This document shows positions 45,564-53,963 of a DNA stretch of 53,963 bases, piece by piece. Location of the stretch: the NCBI GenBank assembly GCA_037137775.1, contig JBAXJQ010000005.1, positions 1 through 53,963 of the forward strand, given 5' to 3'. Every line of letters starts with the position of its first letter. The stretch's first letter is position 1. The notes under the pieces are model-generated. The model was not told the origin of the DNA, made no database searches, and worked only from the letters and a program-made list of their open reading frames with translations. The DNA comes from Candidatus Falkowbacteria bacterium (GTDB lineage Bacteria > Patescibacteriota > Patescibacteriia > Patescibacteriales > GWE2-39-37). The position numbers were made by a program, and so were the translations under genes.

Positions 45564-45638
45564 TGGTGCTCCCGTCAGGACTCGAACCCAAAATTCTTGG
45601 TCCGAAGCCAAGCGTGATATCCGTTTCACTACGGGAGC
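45564..45638 (-). tRNA. tRNA-Arg(TCG)
   Basis: GCTCCCGTAGTGAAACGGATATCAC-G-CTTGG-CTTCGGA-CCAAG...GGTTCGAGTCC...CGGGAGCACCA; CCA encoded. Confidence 0.93.
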
Positions 45639-45716
45639 AATAGAAAATGAAGATGTATATGGCTAAAATTAGAGTATAATTACTATATCATGGTGTAAAT
45701 AAACTAGCAAGAGGTC

Positions 45717-46469
45717 CTATTTTGCTGCTTCTTTTAGCAAACGACGCTTAAATTTAATATAATTTGATATGAATTTTATGGAATCTCTAAATATATTTAT
45801 TTTGCTGTTTCTTCTGTTGTCGTACCGATTTTCAGACCAATTTACTGCAATTTCCTTAACGTTAAGCTTGTGTATTTGGGCATAGACTGCAAGTTCAGTG
45901 TCAAAAAACCATTTTTTATCAATTATATAATGCGATATTTTACGAAAAGATGATGTTTTGATGGCCTTAAAGCCACACTGTAAATCTGAAAAATGATGGC
46001 CAAGCATTAACCGAGAAAATAAATGGCAGCTTTGTGAGGTAATCTCGCGTAATAGTGATCTTTTAATCTTTGAGTTTGCAAGAAGTCGAGACCCAACGAC
46101 AAGATCATACTCATTCTTAATGATCGGATTGATAAGTGATTGGATATCATCAAGGTCAACGGCCAAGTCAATGTCCATATAAGTAACAATGTCGGCGGTA
46201 GCTATTTGCCAATAGGATTTTAATGCGTTACCTCTCCCTCCAAATTTATAGTTTATTGCGATGATTTTTTTATGGTTAATAGAAAGATCTTTCGCAATCT
46301 CCCATGAGTTGTCATTTGATCCATTGACTAAAATAACAATTAGCCAGTCAAAAGTAAAATTAGCCTGATTGCAATAATGAAGCAAAAGTAAGGTATTTTC
46401 TTTTAGGATCTTTTCTTCGTTATAGACGGGTAGACAAAAGGCGATTGATTTATTTTTTTGCAATTCCAT
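45717..46469 (-). CDS. GT2 glycosyltransferase (polyprenol-phosphate glycosyl synthase-like)
   Basis: LPVYNEE, NGSND, GRG-A, YMDIDL, GSR, DLQCGFKA, WFFDTE. Confidence 0.9.
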   Translation of the reverse strand: MELQKNKSIAFCLPVYNEEKILKENTLLLLHYCNQANFTFDWLIVILVNGSNDNSWEIAKDLSINHKKIIAINYKFGGRGNALKSYWQIATADIVTYMDIDLAVDLDDIQSLINPIIKNEYDLVVGSRLLANSKIKRSLLREITSQSCHLFSRLMLGHHFSDLQCGFKAIKTSSFRKISHYIIDKKWFFDTELAVYAQIHKLNVKEIAVNWSENRYDNRRNSKINIFRDSIKFISNYIKFKRRLLKEAAK

Positions 46470-47187
46470 ATATTGTTAGTCCGAATGGAAATAATTTTTT
46501 ATTATAAAATAAATTTTCCAAGTTTAAAATATAATACAGTATTGAATTTATTAGCGAAGGCAGGTTTTTTCCATCTGATTTTTCCTCTCCCTTTGTAATT
46601 TTGCGTAGAGATATTTTTATAATACGAAATATAGCGATTGGCAAAAAAAGAAAAAAATTCCAATAATATAAATTAATTTTATTAAAGCCAGTGCAAATTA
46701 GTTTTTGATGAAAAATTGATTTTTTATAGCGTCTATAGTGACCAACTGCTCGATCATGTTCGGAAAATAGCCAAGGCATGGCAGGTACGGTAAAAATAAA
46801 CATACCACCAGGCTTTAACCCTTCGAATATTTTAGATAATGCAAGGTCGTCATTTTTTAAGTGCTCTAAAACATCAAAGCAACAAATCACATCTTGCGAT
46901 TCCTTCAATATTTTATCATTTTCGAGATTGTGATAAAGTACAGAATGTTTTTGTGATTTGGCGATAAGAAGCGCTTCTTTGTTAATGTCTGTGCCAACTA
47001 CGTTGCCAAATTTATTTAAAATTGACAATTCGGTGCCTGTGCCGCAACCAATATCAAGAATGGTTCTGGAACTTTGTTCATTGCCGAAAAGTTTAATAAA
47101 TATTTTTTCAATTAATTTTTTTCGGGCAGCATACCAAAAATGAGTGGTATTTATTTTATTTTGAAGGTGATAGTCGTGAATATCCAT
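46450..47187 (-). CDS. Class I SAM-dependent methyltransferase
   Basis: HFWY-AR, LDIGCGTG, DVLEHL, LKPGG-TVPA, HD-GHYRRY. Confidence 0.9.
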   Translation of the reverse strand: MDIHDYHLQNKINTTHFWYAARKKLIEKIFIKLFGNEQSSRTILDIGCGTGTELSILNKFGNVVGTDINKEALLIAKSQKHSVLYHNLENDKILKESQDVICCFDVLEHLKNDDLALSKIFEGLKPGGMFIFTVPAMPWLFSEHDRAVGHYRRYKKSIFHQKLICTGFNKINLYYWNFFLFLPIAIFRIIKISLRKITKGEEKSDGKNLPSLINSILYYILNLENLFYNKKLFPFGLTIYGIAKK

Positions 47188-47198
47188 AAAGGGTAAAA

Positions 47199-47230
47199 CA
47201 AAAACCCGAACAGTTATGGGCGGGTTTTTG
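47199..47230 (-). terminator. Terminator after hup
   Basis: CAAAAACCCG...CGGGTTTTTG stem with T tail on the minus strand. Confidence 0.65.
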
Positions 47231-47251
47231 AAGAATTAGCAAGGGATTGAT

Positions 47252-47533
47252 TTATTTGCCCTTAAGCGCATCTTTAAGAGTTTTTCCAGTTTTAAACTTG
47301 GCAACAATTACTTGTGGGATTTGAATGCGTTCATTTGGCTTTTGTGGGTTAACACCGCCACGGGCATGTCTGGTTTTTGCCATGAAAGTACCAAAACCGG
47401 TAATCGTTACCTCGTTACCAGCTTTGAGTTCAGCAACGATAATATCGACTAATTTTTCCAGCATGTCGGTCGCTTGTTTTTTGGAAACAGTTGCCTCGGT
47501 AGCAATGCGATCGATTAGAGCCGCTTTATTCAT
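47252..47533 (-). CDS. hup: DNA-binding protein HU
   Basis: MNKAALI-IA, V-ITGFGTF, R-AR-G-NP, FK-GK-LKDA. Confidence 0.95.
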   Translation of the reverse strand: MNKAALIDRIATEATVSKKQATDMLEKLVDIIVAELKAGNEVTITGFGTFMAKTRHARGGVNPQKPNERIQIPQVIVAKFKTGKTLKDALKGK

Positions 47534-47552
47534 ATGCTTGGCTTAAAAATAA

Positions 47553-48368
47553 TTATTTAATATTAGTATATTCGATTATTGGCTCAATGGCAACAGTTTT
47601 GGCAGTTTTTGTGTTTACTGTTAGAAAAACACCATTCAATTGACTTTTTCCAGATTCTGGCACCCGTCGAACTTGTTTTATTTGTGTAATTAGGGTTTTT
47701 GTTGCTCCAGAAATGTCTAAGCCAATGCTATGATCTGTAATCCCCACCATGCCAACATCTGTAATCGAACCCGTACCCTTTTTAGAAATTAAAGCATCTG
47801 CCGTCATAATGTGGGTATGTGTGCCTAGCACAGCAGATACTCGACCATCCAGATAATGTTTCAAGCAAGATTTTTCAGCTGTGGTTTCTGCATGGATATC
47901 TACAAGTATAGCAGAAAAATTTTTATTGGCAAAGTCATTGTTGGCTAATATTTGGTCAGCTTTACGGAACGGACAATCGTATTGCATTGGCATGAAAACT
48001 CGACCCAACAAAGCAAAGAGTAGTACATCACCTTTTTTGGTAGGGATTATGGCAAACTCTTTTCCTGGGAGCATTGGTGGAAAGTTAGCAGGTCGTACAA
48101 TTGGCAATTCAGAATACACTGTTTTAGCCTGCTCTAAACGATCAAAAGCGTGATCACCGGCAGTAAAATAATCAATACCATAGCTTTGAAGTTCGGCAAT
48201 AGTAGCGTTGGTAACTCCGCTACCATGTGCAGAATTTTCAGCATTAGCGATAACTAGGTCAGGCTTGAGTTTTTTAATTAACCTGGGTAAAAGATTTTTA
48301 ATCGTTTTACGGCCAACGGAGCCATAAATATCACCTAAAAACAAGATGGTAAGATTATTAGCGGGCAT
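47553..48368 (-). CDS. ymdB: YmdB-family metallophosphoesterase
   Basis: LGDIYG-GR, NAENSAHG-G, RPAN, DIHAETTAEK, GTHTH, TDVGM; follows rny. Confidence 0.9.
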   Translation of the reverse strand: MPANNLTILFLGDIYGSVGRKTIKNLLPRLIKKLKPDLVIANAENSAHGSGVTNATIAELQSYGIDYFTAGDHAFDRLEQAKTVYSELPIVRPANFPPMLPGKEFAIIPTKKGDVLLFALLGRVFMPMQYDCPFRKADQILANNDFANKNFSAILVDIHAETTAEKSCLKHYLDGRVSAVLGTHTHIMTADALISKKGTGSITDVGMVGITDHSIGLDISGATKTLITQIKQVRRVPESGKSQLNGVFLTVNTKTAKTVAIEPIIEYTNIK

Positions 48369-49887
48369 ATTCAATAACTCTCATTTCACGAATAACATTA
48401 ACTTTTATTTCACCAGGATATTTTAGTTCGGCTTCAATTTTTTTAGCAACATCACGAGCTAGCTGATAAGCGCCAAGGTCGTCCATCATATCTGCTTCAG
48501 CAAAAACACGAACTTCTCGTCCGGCTTGAATTGCATATGCTTTTTCTACGCCTTCAAATGAAGTGGCAATTTTTTCCAATTCTTCAAGTCGATAAATATA
48601 TTGCTCAAAAGAATCATGACGTGCACCAGGTCGAGCAGCAGAGATGGCATCAGCCACCTTAACAATAACGGATATTAGCCCGCGTGGGCGATCATCATGA
48701 TGGGTTTCGATTGGGGCAATGATTTCATCGGGTAAATTAAACTTTCTTGCAATATTACCACCAATTTCTGGATGGGTACCCTGGACTTCGTGATCTACGG
48801 CTTTGCCGATATCGTGCAGTAAACCGCCTTTTTTAGCTAGAGTAACATCGGCGCCAAGCTCTTCGGCTAATAAGCCAGATAAATGAGCAACCTCAATACT
48901 ATGACGCAAAGCGTTTTGGCCATAACTAGTACGATATTTAAGGCGACCAATAATTTGGACCAGTTTCGGGTCAAAGCCTGTTACACCTAATTCATACATG
49001 GATTCTTCGCCAGCTTTTTTAATATCAACCGCCAAGTCCTTTTTAGCCTGCTCAATAGCATCTTCAATTTTGGTTGGGTGGATGCGTCCATCAAGGATTA
49101 ATTTATCCAATGCTCGTTTGGCAATATGGCGGCGAATTGGTGAAAAGCCGGAAATGGTGATTACATTTGGGGTGTCATCTACCACAATCTCGGTGCCGGT
49201 TAATTGTTCAATAACTTTAATATTACGTCCTTCACGCCCTATAATTCTGCCTTTCATTTCGTCGCTGGGTAAATCAACAGTGGTGGTGGTGATTTCAGCA
49301 GTATAGGTTGAGGCTAGTCGTTGCATGGTGCTAGCCATCATGTCACGAGATTTTTCTTCTAATGATTCAACTGATTCTTTTTCTAATTTATTAATGCGAG
49401 ACATTAGGTCGTCTTTGATTTGAGCCTCGACATTATTAAGCAATACCTGTTTAGCTTCGTCTTTGGTCATTTGAGCAACTTTTTCCAATTTAGCCAGTTG
49501 TTCGTCCTTGATCAGTTTAATTTTTTCTTTGATTTCTTCAACTTTATTAACTTTGTCATAAAGCTGCTGTTGCTTGTCTTGTAATTCAAGCAGCTTTTGG
49601 GAAAAGACGGTTTCCCTTTTTTCCATACGATTTTGAAGCTCATTTATTTCTTTGCGACGACGGGAGTCTTCTTGCTTGGCTTCGTCAATAATCTTTAAGG
49701 CTTTGTTTTGGGCCTCTAGTAGGAGCTCGCTTTGTTTGTTTTTGGCTTCAGAGATTATTTTTTCTGCCTTACTTTCGGCGTTCTTAGTTTTTCGGTCCGC
49801 CTGCATTTTGCGCATTGAGTAACCAATGGCTAGGCCAATAACTGAAAAAACCAAGCCCACTGCAATGGTGAGTAGGTTCATAGACAT
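48358..49887 (-). CDS. rny: Ribonuclease Y
   Basis: N-terminal TM, coiled coil, KGRIIGREGRNI (KH), HDIGK (HD), ADAISAARPGAR, YAIQAGRE. Confidence 0.98.
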   Translation of the reverse strand: MSMNLLTIAVGLVFSVIGLAIGYSMRKMQADRKTKNAESKAEKIISEAKNKQSELLLEAQNKALKIIDEAKQEDSRRRKEINELQNRMEKRETVFSQKLLELQDKQQQLYDKVNKVEEIKEKIKLIKDEQLAKLEKVAQMTKDEAKQVLLNNVEAQIKDDLMSRINKLEKESVESLEEKSRDMMASTMQRLASTYTAEITTTTVDLPSDEMKGRIIGREGRNIKVIEQLTGTEIVVDDTPNVITISGFSPIRRHIAKRALDKLILDGRIHPTKIEDAIEQAKKDLAVDIKKAGEESMYELGVTGFDPKLVQIIGRLKYRTSYGQNALRHSIEVAHLSGLLAEELGADVTLAKKGGLLHDIGKAVDHEVQGTHPEIGGNIARKFNLPDEIIAPIETHHDDRPRGLISVIVKVADAISAARPGARHDSFEQYIYRLEELEKIATSFEGVEKAYAIQAGREVRVFAEADMMDDLGAYQLARDVAKKIEAELKYPGEIKVNVIREMRVIEYAR

Positions 49888-49895
49888 GTATTAAA

Positions 49896-50053
49896 GTTGT
49901 TCGAGTGAGTTTACGACAAAAACCACGGCAGTAACTGTGCCGGTAGAATAATTTGAGATGCGTTTTTTTTGATGAGAATGGTAGAATTCACAAATTTTCC
50001 CTAATGTTAATATAAACTAACAGTTGGTGGCTTGCGTAACGTTCAAGAACAAC
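49896..50053 (-). ncRNA. Structured RNA upstream of rny, candidate 6S RNA or rny leader
   Basis: Hand-folded closing stem GTTGTTC/GAACAAC-TGA/TCA-TTACG/CGTAA-CAAG/TTTG-ACCA/TGGT, central bubble, apical stem; upstream promoter TTGCCA(50122)-17-TAATTT with extended TG. Confidence 0.55.
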
Positions 50054-50132
50054 GATGTTTCAAAATTGTTAAATAATTGGTAGTTACAAAATTAAATTAC
50101 CATAATGAGTCTAATTTGGCAAGAGCAGTGGT

Positions 50133-50169
50133 CTAAAAAAACAGCGGATAAATTCCGCTGTTTTTTTAG
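50133..50169 (-). terminator. Intrinsic terminator of clpP
   Basis: CTAAAAAAACAGCGGA-N5-TCCGCTGTTTTTTTAG. Confidence 0.85.
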
Positions 50170-50186
50170 TTAAATTGGGGAAAATA

Positions 50187-50768
50187 TTACTGAGCTTTTA
50201 TAATTTTATCAATTAAACCATATTTTTTTGCTTCTTCTGGAGTCATAAAATTATCACGCTCGGTGTCCTTTTCTATGGTGGTTACTTTTTGGCCAGTATG
50301 AAATGCTAAAATATTGTTTAATTTGTCTTTGGTTTTAAGAATATGCTCAGCCATAATTTTTATTTCTGTGGCTTGTCCCTCAGCGCCACCCATAACTTGA
50401 TGAATCATAATTTCACTATTAGGCAGGGCCAACCGTTTACTCTTGGCACCTGAGGCGAGTAAAAACGCGCCCATACTGGCAGCCATGCCTAAACAAATTG
50501 TAGAAACATCAGCCTTGATATATTGCATGGTGTCATAAATGGCCAAGCCAGCCGTAACCGACCCGCCAGGACTGTTAATATAAAACTTTATATCTTTATC
50601 TCGGTTTTCAGCATCTAAAAAAAGTAATTGGGCAATAACAATATTAGCAACGTGGTCGGTTAATGGTTCACCTAAAAAAATAATACGTTCTTTAAGTAAA
50701 CGTGAATATATATCATACGCTCGCTCACCGTAAGATGATTTTTCAATAACAGTTGGGATTAATGGCAT
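50187..50768 (-). CDS. clpP: Clp protease proteolytic subunit
   Basis: [38 protein letters not shown]. Confidence 0.98.
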   Translation of the reverse strand: MPLIPTVIEKSSYGERAYDIYSRLLKERIIFLGEPLTDHVANIVIAQLLFLDAENRDKDIKFYINSPGGSVTAGLAIYDTMQYIKADVSTICLGMAASMGAFLLASGAKSKRLALPNSEIMIHQVMGGAEGQATEIKIMAEHILKTKDKLNNILAFHTGQKVTTIEKDTERDNFMTPEEAKKYGLIDKIIKAQ

Positions 50769-50824
50769 ATATTTTTTTAATAATTATTATTTTAGTGTAA
50801 GTTTTATTGATAAAATTAGCAAGA

Positions 50825-51814
50825 CTAGACAATGCGCCAGGTATCGTTAATTAATTCAATTTTGCCTGGTAGTGTAAAGCCTGAAGCCTTGGCATGACCG
50901 CCACCGCCCAGAGCCCGAGCGAGGCGCGAAACATCAACATGTGCTCGTGAAGTACGCAAGCTACCTCGTATATTACCGAGTCCATCTTCGCGCAAAAGTA
51001 AAATAGCGTCGACATTTTTCAAATTGCTTAAAAAACCAGAAATTCCTTCCAACTCTTCTTGTTCTACTGCTAAACTTTTTACCTCGTCTTCTAATAACAC
51101 GGAAACTGCAATGTTGTAAGCTGGATTAACCGTTAATCGGGACATAACTAGTCCCCATAGCTTCAATCCAGAGATAGTTTTATTCCGAAAGGTTCTATCA
51201 TGTATTGACGGCAAGCTTGCGCCATGACTGATTAAATCGGAGGCAATGGCAACGGTTTTTTCCGAGGCAGTTGGATAGAAAAAATTAGCTGTATCAGTGA
51301 CCAATCCCGTCATTAAACAGATTGATCTAGTCTTAGTTAGCTCAACTCCATTGGTAATAAAAAAATCATATACAATTTCAGTTGTTGCGGCTGCGCTAGC
51401 ATCACGCAGGGTTAAATCGGCATACTGATCGAGTTGAGGGTGGTGGTCAAAATCAATGACAAATTGATTCGGTTTTCGACTTAGCAATTGTTGATCGAGG
51501 GTAGTTCGGGATAAACTACCACAATCGAAAATTAGGATAAGATCAAATAAGTAGAAGGTATCAGCAAAGGGTACGCCAATCTTTTCGTCAAAAAATGTAA
51601 TTTTTTCGACACCGGGTAAAAAGGTAAAATTTGCAGAAGGTTTATTATGACAATAAAGGGTGATTTTTTTATGCAAAAACATTAGCCAATCATTCATGGC
51701 ACAAAGACAAGAAAGTCCGTCGCCATCAGGTTGGTTGTGAGTAACCAAGAGGATGTTTTGAGCCGCAATTATTTTTTTTTCGGCTAATTTAAAATCACTT
51801 GATGATATAATCAT
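50825..51814 (-). CDS. nrnA: DHH-DHHA1 nanoRNase/pAp phosphatase
   Basis: TH-QPDGDG, DHH, TDT-F, SLR, GGGGH-ASG. Confidence 0.88.
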   Translation of the reverse strand: MIISSSDFKLAEKKIIAAQNILLVTHNQPDGDGLSCLCAMNDWLMFLHKKITLYCHNKPSANFTFLPGVEKITFFDEKIGVPFADTFYLFDLILIFDCGSLSRTTLDQQLLSRKPNQFVIDFDHHPQLDQYADLTLRDASAAATTEIVYDFFITNGVELTKTRSICLMTGLVTDTANFFYPTASEKTVAIASDLISHGASLPSIHDRTFRNKTISGLKLWGLVMSRLTVNPAYNIAVSVLLEDEVKSLAVEQEELEGISGFLSNLKNVDAILLLREDGLGNIRGSLRTSRAHVDVSRLARALGGGGHAKASGFTLPGKIELINDTWRIV

Positions 51815-51888
51815 AAAAATCCTATGAGCCTATCATGCCCATTAAAAAATAACAAGCACTAGACTAAAAATCCCCTCGTAGGGGAAGT

Positions 51889-52221
51889 TTATTGTCTAAT
51901 TGAGTTGAGTAGGGCCTCGATTTCGGCTGCCTTAGCTTCAGTATCATCAGGTTGCCAGTCGAATTTTGGTATATGTCGTAAACGAGTATTTTTTTTGAGT
52001 CGTTGAGCAAATTGACTATTGTGTTTTTGTAATTCGGTAAGTGCAGAGCCAAAATATTGTTCTGGTAATACGGAAACTCCAATTCGGGCATAGCGCAGAT
52101 CCGGAGAGCATTGAACAAAAGTAATAGTAATTAAGCCGTTAGGAATAACCACTAATTCATCAGCTAATTTAGCCAGCTCTCCACGCAATAGTTCATTAAG
52201 TTGGGCAACGCGGTGACTCAT
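51889..52221 (-). CDS. rbfA: Ribosome-binding factor A
   Basis: R..QLNE, ITIT-V-SPDL-YA, LR-IP-F-D; follows infB. Confidence 0.93.
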   Translation of the reverse strand: MSHRVAQLNELLRGELAKLADELVVIPNGLITITFVQCSPDLRYARIGVSVLPEQYFGSALTELQKHNSQFAQRLKKNTRLRHIPKFDWQPDDTEAKAAEIEALLNSIRQ

Positions 52222-52223
52222 GA

Positions 52224-53963
52224 TTATAGTTTTTTAATAATTTTTTCTTCTTTGTATGCAAATAGTATGTCACCTTCTTTGACCGGTTCACCCTGATATT
52301 TTAGACCGCATTCCTGGTTGATATCAACCATTTTTACGATTTGTTTACCTGCCTGAAGTTCAAGTAACTTGCCTGCGCCAATCAATTGGCCATCTCGCTC
52401 AACCTCAAAAAAACAATTTTCTTCTAAAATGCCAGAAGTTACTTTGCCGCCGATAATTTGTTCTTTGCCTAGATCGCGAAATACGGCTAGTATGCGCAAC
52501 TTGCCCAATTCAGTCCGTTTTATTTCCGGTTCAATTAAAGCTTGCATCTGTTGTTTTACATCATTGATCAAGTCATAAATGATGCGATAGGTGGCCACTT
52601 GTACATTTTTTTCCCGGGCTAGATCTTCTGCTTGCGTGGTTGGTTTTACATTAAACCCCACGATTTGAGCCTTGGCAGCCTCGGCTCGAATAATATCGCC
52701 CTCATTAATATTACCTAAACCTTTATTTATTATTTTGGCTTTAATATCTTGGTTGCCGATTTTTTCCAATGATTCTTCGATAGCTTCAGCCGAGCCAAGA
52801 ACGTCAGCTTTAATTATAATGTTAATTTTTTTGGCGGTGGTATCTTCAACAGCGGCAGCGGCTGCACTTTCAGGCTTTTCCGTTGCGGCTTTAATATTTT
52901 TCAATTTAATTTTTTCACCTTTACCTGTTTCTAGAATTTCACCAACCGCAGGAGCAAGCTTTAAGCCAATTATTTTAACCGGAGTAGATGGCCCAGCCTC
53001 ACTGAGATTTTCACCACGATAGTTCTTCAAGGCACGAACTTTGCCATAAATAGTGCCACCAAAAACCATTTGATCACCAATGCGCAACGTTCCGTTTTGA
53101 ACCAAAACAGTAGCAACTGGCCCTTCTCCCTTGTCAACACGGGAATCTATGATTGTACCGGCTGCATCCTTGGCATCTGGGTTGGCTTGAATGTTTTCAG
53201 TCTCCATCTCAGCAGTCAGTAATAAAATATCAAGCAAATCTTCGATGCCGGTGCCATCCTTGGCAGAAATAGGTATACAGGGAGTTTTACCGCCCCAGTC
53301 TTCAGGAACAATATTAAGCTGGCTTGAAAGCTCTTGTTTGATTTTATCGAGATTGATGCCAGGCTTATCAATTTTATTAATCGCCACAATAAAGGGAAGT
53401 TTAGCTGCTTCAATAATGCGGAATGCCTCAATGGTTTGAGGCATCACTCCATCATCGGCGGCCACTACCAAAATGGCCACATCAGCAATTTTAGCGCCGC
53501 GACTGCGCATGGCAGTAAAGGCTTCGTGACCAGGCGTATCAATAAAAGTTAATAACTTCTCCTTGCGCGTTACTTGATACGCGCCGATATGCTGGGTAAT
53601 GCCACCAGCCTCTCCAGCAACCACATCTGTATTACGAATTGCATCAAGTAATTTAGTTTTACCGTGGTCGACATGACCCATAACTACAATTACTGGAGGG
53701 CGCATCAAAAGAGTTCCACCAGCTTGTCTTTTGATTATCTCTTGAATTTTTTGGTCTTGAGGTTGGTCGCCGTCTGTTTCACCTTCTTGACTTGGTTTTA
53801 TCTCTAGCCCAAGATCAGATCCGACAATGGCTGCAGTATCAAAATCAATTTTTTGATTAATTGAGGCAAAAATGCCGTTTTTCATGAGCTCGGCCAAAAC
53901 CCGGTTAACTGGCAGGCCAGCTAATGTGGCAAAGTCCCGAACGGTTAAAAATCCAGGTAATTC
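52224..53963 (-). CDS. infB: Translation initiation factor IF-2 (5' end outside the window)
   Basis: MGHVDHGKT, GGITQHIGAY, DTPGHEAF, NKID; frame stays open to the window edge (ELPGFLTVRDFA...). Confidence 0.98.
   Translation of the reverse strand, partial: ELPGFLTVRDFATLAGLPVNRVLAELMKNGIFASINQKIDFDTAAIVGSDLGLEIKPSQEGETDGDQPQDQKIQEIIKRQAGGTLLMRPPVIVVMGHVDHGKTKLLDAIRNTDVVAGEAGGITQHIGAYQVTRKEKLLTFIDTPGHEAFTAMRSRGAKIADVAILVVAADDGVMPQTIEAFRIIEAAKLPFIVAINKIDKPGINLDKIKQELSSQLNIVPEDWGGKTPCIPISAKDGTGIEDLLDILLLTAEMETENIQANPDAKDAAGTIIDSRVDKGEGPVATVLVQNGTLRIGDQMVFGGTIYGKVRALKNYRGENLSEAGPSTPVKIIGLKLAPAVGEILETGKGEKIKLKNIKAATEKPESAAAAAVEDTTAKKINIIIKADVLGSAEAIEESLEKIGNQDIKAKIINKGLGNINEGDIIRAEAAKAQIVGFNVKPTTQAEDLAREKNVQVATYRIIYDLINDVKQQMQALIEPEIKRTELGKLRILAVFRDLGKEQIIGGKVTSGILEENCFFEVERDGQLIGAGKLLELQAGKQIVKMVDINQECGLKYQGEPVKEGDILFAYKEEKIIKKL

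Noticed and set aside
1-53963. Alternative genetic code (TGA=Gly), prophage or IS element
   Set aside because: Conserved genes are full length under code 11 and some end in TGA; no transposase, integrase or phage structural motifs were seen.

Overview
AT-rich bacterial chromosome segment spanning the replication origin (yidC-yidD-rnpA-rpmH <- -> dnaA-oriC-dnaN). Gene content, scarce Shine-Dalgarno motifs and several protein architectures suggest a Patescibacteria/CPR (Parcubacteria-like) genome (inference). TGA is used as a stop, so the code is standard code 11. The window holds about 50 CDS covering translation, envelope, redox, Mg/Ca transport, a MarR-RND locus, an ECF sigma pair, LexA, murF/ddl, rny/ymdB, clpP, rbfA and partial infB. 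It also holds five tRNAs and many hairpins. No transposase, integrase, phage gene or CRISPR array was seen. The non-coding DNA is the most interesting part: (1) a ~600-bp insert at 17.29-17.90 kb in which a promoter-RBS-64-aa membrane ORF-terminator unit is bracketed by four collinear inverted-repeat blocks and two candidate sRNAs; (2) a 158-nt RNA with 6S-like topology upstream of rny; (3) a 600-bp intergenic hub near oriC with two parS-like sites, DnaA boxes and a perfect 32-bp palindrome that has a degenerate copy 2 kb away; (4) a Bacillus-like DnaA-box/DnaA-trio unwinding module; (5) a 57-bp duplication of the tRNA-Lys 3' end plus terminator; (6) a LexA gene divergent from a small gene, with a candidate operator palindrome. 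All calls are by eye; no searches or folding programs were run.
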